This document shows, in pieces, positions 18,143-22,855 of a stretch of DNA of 22,855 nt; positions within the stretch are counted from its first letter, which is position 1; each line of letters starts with the position of its first letter. The stretch spans positions 1 to 22,855 of the forward strand of contig CAWHOE010000020.1 of the NCBI GenBank assembly GCA_963830915.1. Reading direction: 5' to 3'. The position numbers were made by a program, and so were the translations under genes. The DNA is from a candidate division FCPU426 bacterium. Lineage in GTDB: Bacteria > Oederibacteriota > Muellerivitia > Muellerivitales > Muellerivitaceae. Under the pieces are notes generated by a model. The model was given only the letters and a program-made list of their open reading frames with translations, was not told the origin of the DNA and searched no databases.

Positions 18143-20360
18143 TTATCTCGGCTCGATACGCCTGGCGCTGACGACCCCCTTGACCCTTCCCAATTTTTTC
18201 AGGACCTTTTCCAATTGGTCTGAAGAGGCGATACCCACCAGGAAGTAACCCTGGGCCCACCCGCCGTCCAGCGCTTTGGCGTTGGCCTCGTTGATGATGA
18301 TGCCCTCCTCTGAAATGGCCAAAAGCATATCCGCCAGCAACTTGTCCCGGTCCTTTGCCTTCACTTCCAGGGCCACTTCGAAGATTTGGCCCGCGTTGCC
18401 TTCCCATTTAACGGGGATCATGCGGGCTTCGCCCTCGGGCAATTGAAGCGTATTGGGGCAGTCGGTACGGTGGATGGAAACCCCGCGGCCTCGGGTGACG
18501 TAGCCCACGATGGGGTCCCCGGGAACGGGCGTGCAGCAGCGGGCGAAGCGGATAAGGAAATCCTTCTCTCCCCCGACCGAGATGCCCTTGGTGGGGGTCT
18601 TGTCGGTCGGCGCCTCCTCGACGGGAACCTTCGCTTGTTTCGTCTCGGATAACCGCTCAACGGTCTTTTCGGGTGTCTCCACCCGGAGGGGATGCTCATC
18701 ATCCTGGGTCTTGATGGCCAGTTTGTTCAGGACCGTCTTGGGCGAGACCTCGCCATGGCCGATGTTGGCCAATAACTCCGAGACCGTATGGCACCCGAAG
18801 GTATCCAGCAGGCCTTCCAGGGCGGTGGATTTGATGACCGTATTGAAATCCATCCCCATACGCACCGCGTCCCTCTCCAACAGGTGCTTGCCCTTATCGA
18901 CCTCGTCCGCCGACAAGTGGGTGCGGAACCAGTGACGGATCTTGTTCTTGGCCCGGCTGGTGGTGACGATCTTCAGCCAATCCCGGCTGGGGGCGCGGGA
19001 GGATTGGGTGAGCACTTCCACGATGTCCCCGTTCTTCAAAACGGACCGGAGGGGCACCATTTGCCCGTTCACCTTGACCCCCATGCAATGGTTGCCCAGG
19101 TCCGTATGGACGATATAGGCGAAGTCCAGGGCGGTCCCGCCCTTGGGTAGTTCTTTCACCTCGCCCTTGGGGGTGAACACGAAGACCTCGTCGTCGAACA
19201 GATCGACCTTCATGGCCTCGGCGAACTCGGTGGAATCCTTGATGTCCTGCTGGAGGTCCAGCAGCTGCCTCATCCAGGCGAACTTCTGGTCCTCCTTGTC
19301 GACATTCCGGCCCTCTTTATAGATCCAGTGGGCGGCGATACCTTCCTCGGCGGTGCGGTGCATATCGTAGGTGCGGATTTGGATCTCCAGAGGCTGGCCT
19401 TCCGGCCCCATGACGGTGGTATGCAGGCTCTGGTACATGTTGCCCTTGGGCATGGCCACATAGTCCTTGAAACGCCCCGGCAGGGGCTTCCAGATGGTGT
19501 GGACCATCCCCAAGGTCTCGTAGCATTCCTTCACGTTATTGGTGAGCACCCGGATGGCCATCAGATCGAAGATCTCGTCGAAGCTCTTCTGCTGTTGGAC
19601 CATCTTATGGTAGATGCTGGAAAAATGCTTGGACCGGCCCTGCACCTGGGCCGTGATACCCGCCTCTTTCAACTTGGACTCGATGAGGGTCTTGATACCG
19701 TTCAGCATATTCTCCCGTTCGGCCTTCTTCATGGCGACCTTCTTGACCAGGTCGTAATAGATATCAGGTTCCAGGTACCTCATGCAGAAGATCCTCCAGC
19801 TCGCTCTTGAGCTTGGCGATACCCAGGCGGTGGGCCAGGGGGGCGTAGATATCCAGCGTTTCCCGGGCCATCTTTTCCCGGCGGTCGGGAGGGAGGAACT
19901 CCAGGGTGCGCATATTGTGGGTGCGGTCGGCCAGCTTGATGAGGATGACCCGGACGTCCTTGGCCATGGCCACCAGCATCTTGCGGGTGCTTTCGGCCTG
20001 GCGGATGGAAGCGTCCTGGAACTTACGGGTGGATATCTTGGTGACGCCGTCCACCAGGTTGGCGATCTCCTCGCCGAACTCGGTCTTGAGGACGTCCAGG
20101 GTGACGGGCGTGTCCTCGATGATGTCGTGCAGGAGGGCGCTAGCGATGGTGACCGAGTCCATATGCAGTTCGGCCAGGATGTCGGCGACGCCCACCAGGT
20201 GGGTCAGGTATTCGTCGCCCGAAAGGCGCTGTTGACCCTCGTGGGCTTTCTTGGCGAACTCATAGGCTTTTTGGATGAGGGGTTTGTTCAGGGAAGTTTC
20301 GGACGGGGAAAGGATCGGCGGCGTGGCCGATTTATCGAGAAGCGATTGGATGCCCATCAT
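18143..20360 (-). CDS. rel: Bifunctional (p)ppGpp synthetase/hydrolase (long RSH, Rel/SpoT); one frameshift at ~19789
   Basis: HD domain (HEGQQR.SG..Y..H, ALLHDIIED, IKLADRTHN) joins synthetase (GRSKH, KDYV, YQSLHT, EIQIRT), TGS, ZFD (ARCC...HRTDC) and ACT domains when one extra T is removed (ELEDLCMRYLEP). Confidence 0.95.
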
Positions 20361-20602
20361 AGTCCCCTTGCCGCTCCCTGGATCCGCCGGCGCCTCCGGT
20401 CCAATGACAGACCCCGTAAGGCCCGCCATCGTCGAAAAGAAGATCAGGAATGCCTAGTTAATTTATCACCATAGGGCAGGGGAAACAATGACTCAAGACC
20501 TCGGAAGAAATAGGTTCGGATTATTTTGGTTGAAAAGCCGGGGTTTTCTACTGAATGCCACGGATGAATAAAGGGAAAACCCAAAGACAAAGGCAAAACT
20601 CT

Positions 20603-20701
20603 TTAGCCACAGATGAACACAGATAAACACAGATATGATTTAAACAAAAACAATAATCTTTAATTTTCAATCGGAGTTTATCGGTGTTAATCGGTGGCTA
20701 A
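20603..20701. repeat. Uninterrupted palindromic element with 10-bp CACAGAT-type repeats in each arm
   Basis: TTAGCCACAGATGAACACAGATAAACACAGAT, AT-rich loop, ATCGGAGTTTATCGGTGTTAATCGGTGGCTAA. Confidence 0.85.
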
Positions 20702-20714
20702 GATTTTTTTCGTA

Positions 20715-21509
20715 TTAGAAATAGTATCGGGAACCGACATTGGGATAGAACTGGATGTTGGATGTTCCACCGCCGCCGATCCAGATGGCCGGGCATAATT
20801 GAACATAAATATCCACGGGCACGGTGGCTTTGTTGAACAGGTAAGAGATACCCACGATCCCCCTGGCCTCGATGGCGATGGAACCGCCCAATCCCAATCC
20901 CCCGCCTACCCCGAAATAGATGGGCATCAGGCCTTGCTGGGGATGGATGACGTCATAGTCGTGCCAGAGATAATCCAATTGAACGACCGTCCCCCCTCCA
21001 AGCTTCAGGGCGGCCTGGAGGGCGCTTTCGTGATCCAACCAAAATTTACCGGTCGCGCCCCAATTACCCGGGTCGCCTAGTTCCAACCCCAGACCCAAGG
21101 GACCGCCGACCTCGTTGTTTCCCTGGGCTGTGCTGTATTTCATCCTGTCCGCCGTCCGGTTGCCAGCTGGAAGAGGAGGAAGCCCATTGTTGGAGGTCCT
21201 CAAGCTGTCAGCGAATTTCTTTAAGCCGGCGTTATCTGGATTCAAGGCCAAGCTCTTGTCGAAATTGGAAAGAGCGTCGCTGTTATCCCCCATCTGGTAA
21301 TAATCCTGCCCCATGATCTGGTAGGACCTCCAATCCTGCGGATTGAGTTGGACCGCAGCCTGAAGGTACTTGATGGAATTTTGATATTGCTTCGATTGGT
21401 ACATCTGAAGACCAGCGTTGTAATAATCCTGCGAGGTGGCGGCGAAGAGGGATGATGCCGTAAGAAAGGTCAGGAGGATCAGAACAGAACGAAGGTGTCG
21501 TGTCATCAT
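20715..21509 (-). CDS. Secreted protein with N-terminal TPR repeats and a C-terminal small beta-barrel-like domain
   Basis: Signal peptide (SLFA), two TPR units (YYNAGLQMY...AVQLNP; ...SLALNPDN), then LGLGLELGDPG..GATGKFWL...VGSRYYF. Confidence 0.78.
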   Translation of the reverse strand: MMTRHLRSVLILLTFLTASSLFAATSQDYYNAGLQMYQSKQYQNSIKYLQAAVQLNPQDWRSYQIMGQDYYQMGDNSDALSNFDKSLALNPDNAGLKKFADSLRTSNNGLPPLPAGNRTADRMKYSTAQGNNEVGGPLGLGLELGDPGNWGATGKFWLDHESALQAALKLGGGTVVQLDYLWHDYDVIHPQQGLMPIYFGVGGGLGLGGSIAIEARGIVGISYLFNKATVPVDIYVQLCPAIWIGGGGTSNIQFYPNVGSRYYF

Positions 21510-21599
21510 TCACTTCCTTTTAATCAGGATGGGGCAGATGTTGGTTTTGTATTTAAATTTATACCCGGTGTAACTTCAAGACCATTTTTAAAACATTGC

Positions 21600-22855
21600 T
21601 TAAATTCCGTGGATTTGAACACCCTGTGACTTCAAATATTGCAGGACCGTCGGGTCGCCGGGGTTGATAGCGTTGGCTTTTTTCCAGGCCGCGATAGCGT
21701 CCGTTTTACGTTTCAACTTGATATAGCAGACACCCAGGTCCAGGAAGGTTTGGAAATCATTGGGAGCGAACACCAGATAATCCTCGAAAGCCTTGGCTGA
21801 TTCCTCATACCTTCCCATTTGGAAAAGACTGACCGCTTCCGGCCAGAGAGGCGCGATGTAATTGGGGACGAGGGATTCGGCCTTCTGGCACAAGGCCAAG
21901 GTATCCTGGAAATTACCCTGCTGGACCCTGATATTGGCCATGTCGTAGTAATTCTCCACATATTGCGGATTCAGGCTAAGCGCCTTCATGTAGGCCTGAA
22001 GGGCAAAGTCCTTCTTATCGGCCAGGTTCAGCGCGGCACCGCATGCGTTCCAAACCTTGGGGTTATAGGGAGAAAGGACAGAGGCCCGGTTGGCGTAATA
22101 CTCAGCGTTCTGCCCCTTCCCTAAAGAGGTCTCCCCCACCGCGTCCCGGTAAGCAATCGAAGCCCCCACCGTATGAACCGCGATAAGGCCCGTGATGCCA
22201 AGGGCGAGGACCAATGCGACCGTTTGGGTTTGGCTGAAAGGTTGGGCAACTTTTTGGTCTTGTGATTTTTTCAAAGCCAGAGGCGCCGCCAGGAACAACC
22301 CGAAAAGAACGGCGGTCGGGGCGACCTGCAGGGGAAAGTTGCTGAGGGACTGTCCCAAAAGGGCGACGACCCCGCCCGTCACGCCGATCATCAATTCCTT
22401 GTCTTCCTTACGGCTCTCAGGGTTCGAGATGAATTTCCAGACGGCCAGCGCGAAGGCGGCCAAAAGTCCCAGGAACAGGACCAGCCCGGGCAATCCCCCT
22501 TCCACCCAGAACTGCAGGAACTCGTTATGGATATGTTCGGTGTAGGTATAGGGATGTTGGGGATATTCCGCCTTGGTATAAGGCCTGCTTTGGTAGAGGG
22601 GATAAAGCACGCCGACCTGTCCCAGCCCGATACCGAGCCAGGGATGGTCTTTCACGATCTCCCAGGCCACCCGATAGGTTTCGAGTCGTTGTTGGACCGA
22701 GACCTGGGAGGCGCTGAATACCGCCCACCCGCCGTGTCGGTTCACATAGGTTCCCGCCCCGATGACCAGGATGGCCAGGCATACCACCACGAAGACCACG
22801 TTGCGCCTGAATAGGTCCCGGCCCCAGGGAAAAAAGAATGTGATAGCCATGAACA
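21600..22855 (-). CDS. O-antigen ligase (Wzy_C) family membrane protein with C-terminal TPRs; 5' end beyond the window
   Basis: R...Y..AW.....HPWLGIGLG...HIHNEFLQFWVEGGLPG motif, several TM segments and TPR repeats. Confidence 0.85.
   Translation of the reverse strand, partial: FMAITFFFPWGRDLFRRNVVFVVVCLAILVIGAGTYVNRHGGWAVFSASQVSVQQRLETYRVAWEIVKDHPWLGIGLGQVGVLYPLYQSRPYTKAEYPQHPYTYTEHIHNEFLQFWVEGGLPGLVLFLGLLAAFALAVWKFISNPESRKEDKELMIGVTGGVVALLGQSLSNFPLQVAPTAVLFGLFLAAPLALKKSQDQKVAQPFSQTQTVALVLALGITGLIAVHTVGASIAYRDAVGETSLGKGQNAEYYANRASVLSPYNPKVWNACGAALNLADKKDFALQAYMKALSLNPQYVENYYDMANIRVQQGNFQDTLALCQKAESLVPNYIAPLWPEAVSLFQMGRYEESAKAFEDYLVFAPNDFQTFLDLGVCYIKLKRKTDAIAAWKKANAINPGDPTVLQYLKSQGVQIHGI

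Noticed and set aside
19764..19800. Programmed frameshift or split rel gene (also the breaks at ~2727, ~3558 and ~9981)
   Set aside because: Each is fixed by a single base in a short G or T run, there is no slippery heptamer, and at least six such events occur in the window. This pattern is typical of long-read indel error.

Overview
GC-rich bacterial chromosomal segment with almost all genes on the - strand. The right half is housekeeping: O-antigen-ligase/TPR, TPR-barrel, rel/spoT, ridA, a B-box/Pro-rich membrane protein, guaB, an ABM-family gene and guaA. The left half is a run of uncharacterised secreted, lipoprotein, NHL-repeat and outer-membrane genes. The most striking structure lies just downstream of guaA: an exact 91-bp-period array (11669-12071) of five copies of the last 13 codons of guaA. 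Four copies encode ITSKPPGTIEWE* with synonymous recoding, and each is closed by a co-varying 9-bp inverted repeat and followed by a second hairpin (GTRCYGAT...ATCRGYAC-like). That second hairpin also occurs in three dispersed 78-85 bp double-hairpin elements (13626-13706, 15769-15853, 16031-16108) that interrupt the arms of 9-bp-repeat palindromes. Together these suggest a family of miniature non-autonomous site-specific elements, one lineage of which carries a replacement guaA 3' end. No recombinase or transposase is visible in the window. The first ~785 bp look chimeric (response regulator and fabI fragments, fold-back junction), and several single-base frameshifts look like long-read errors.
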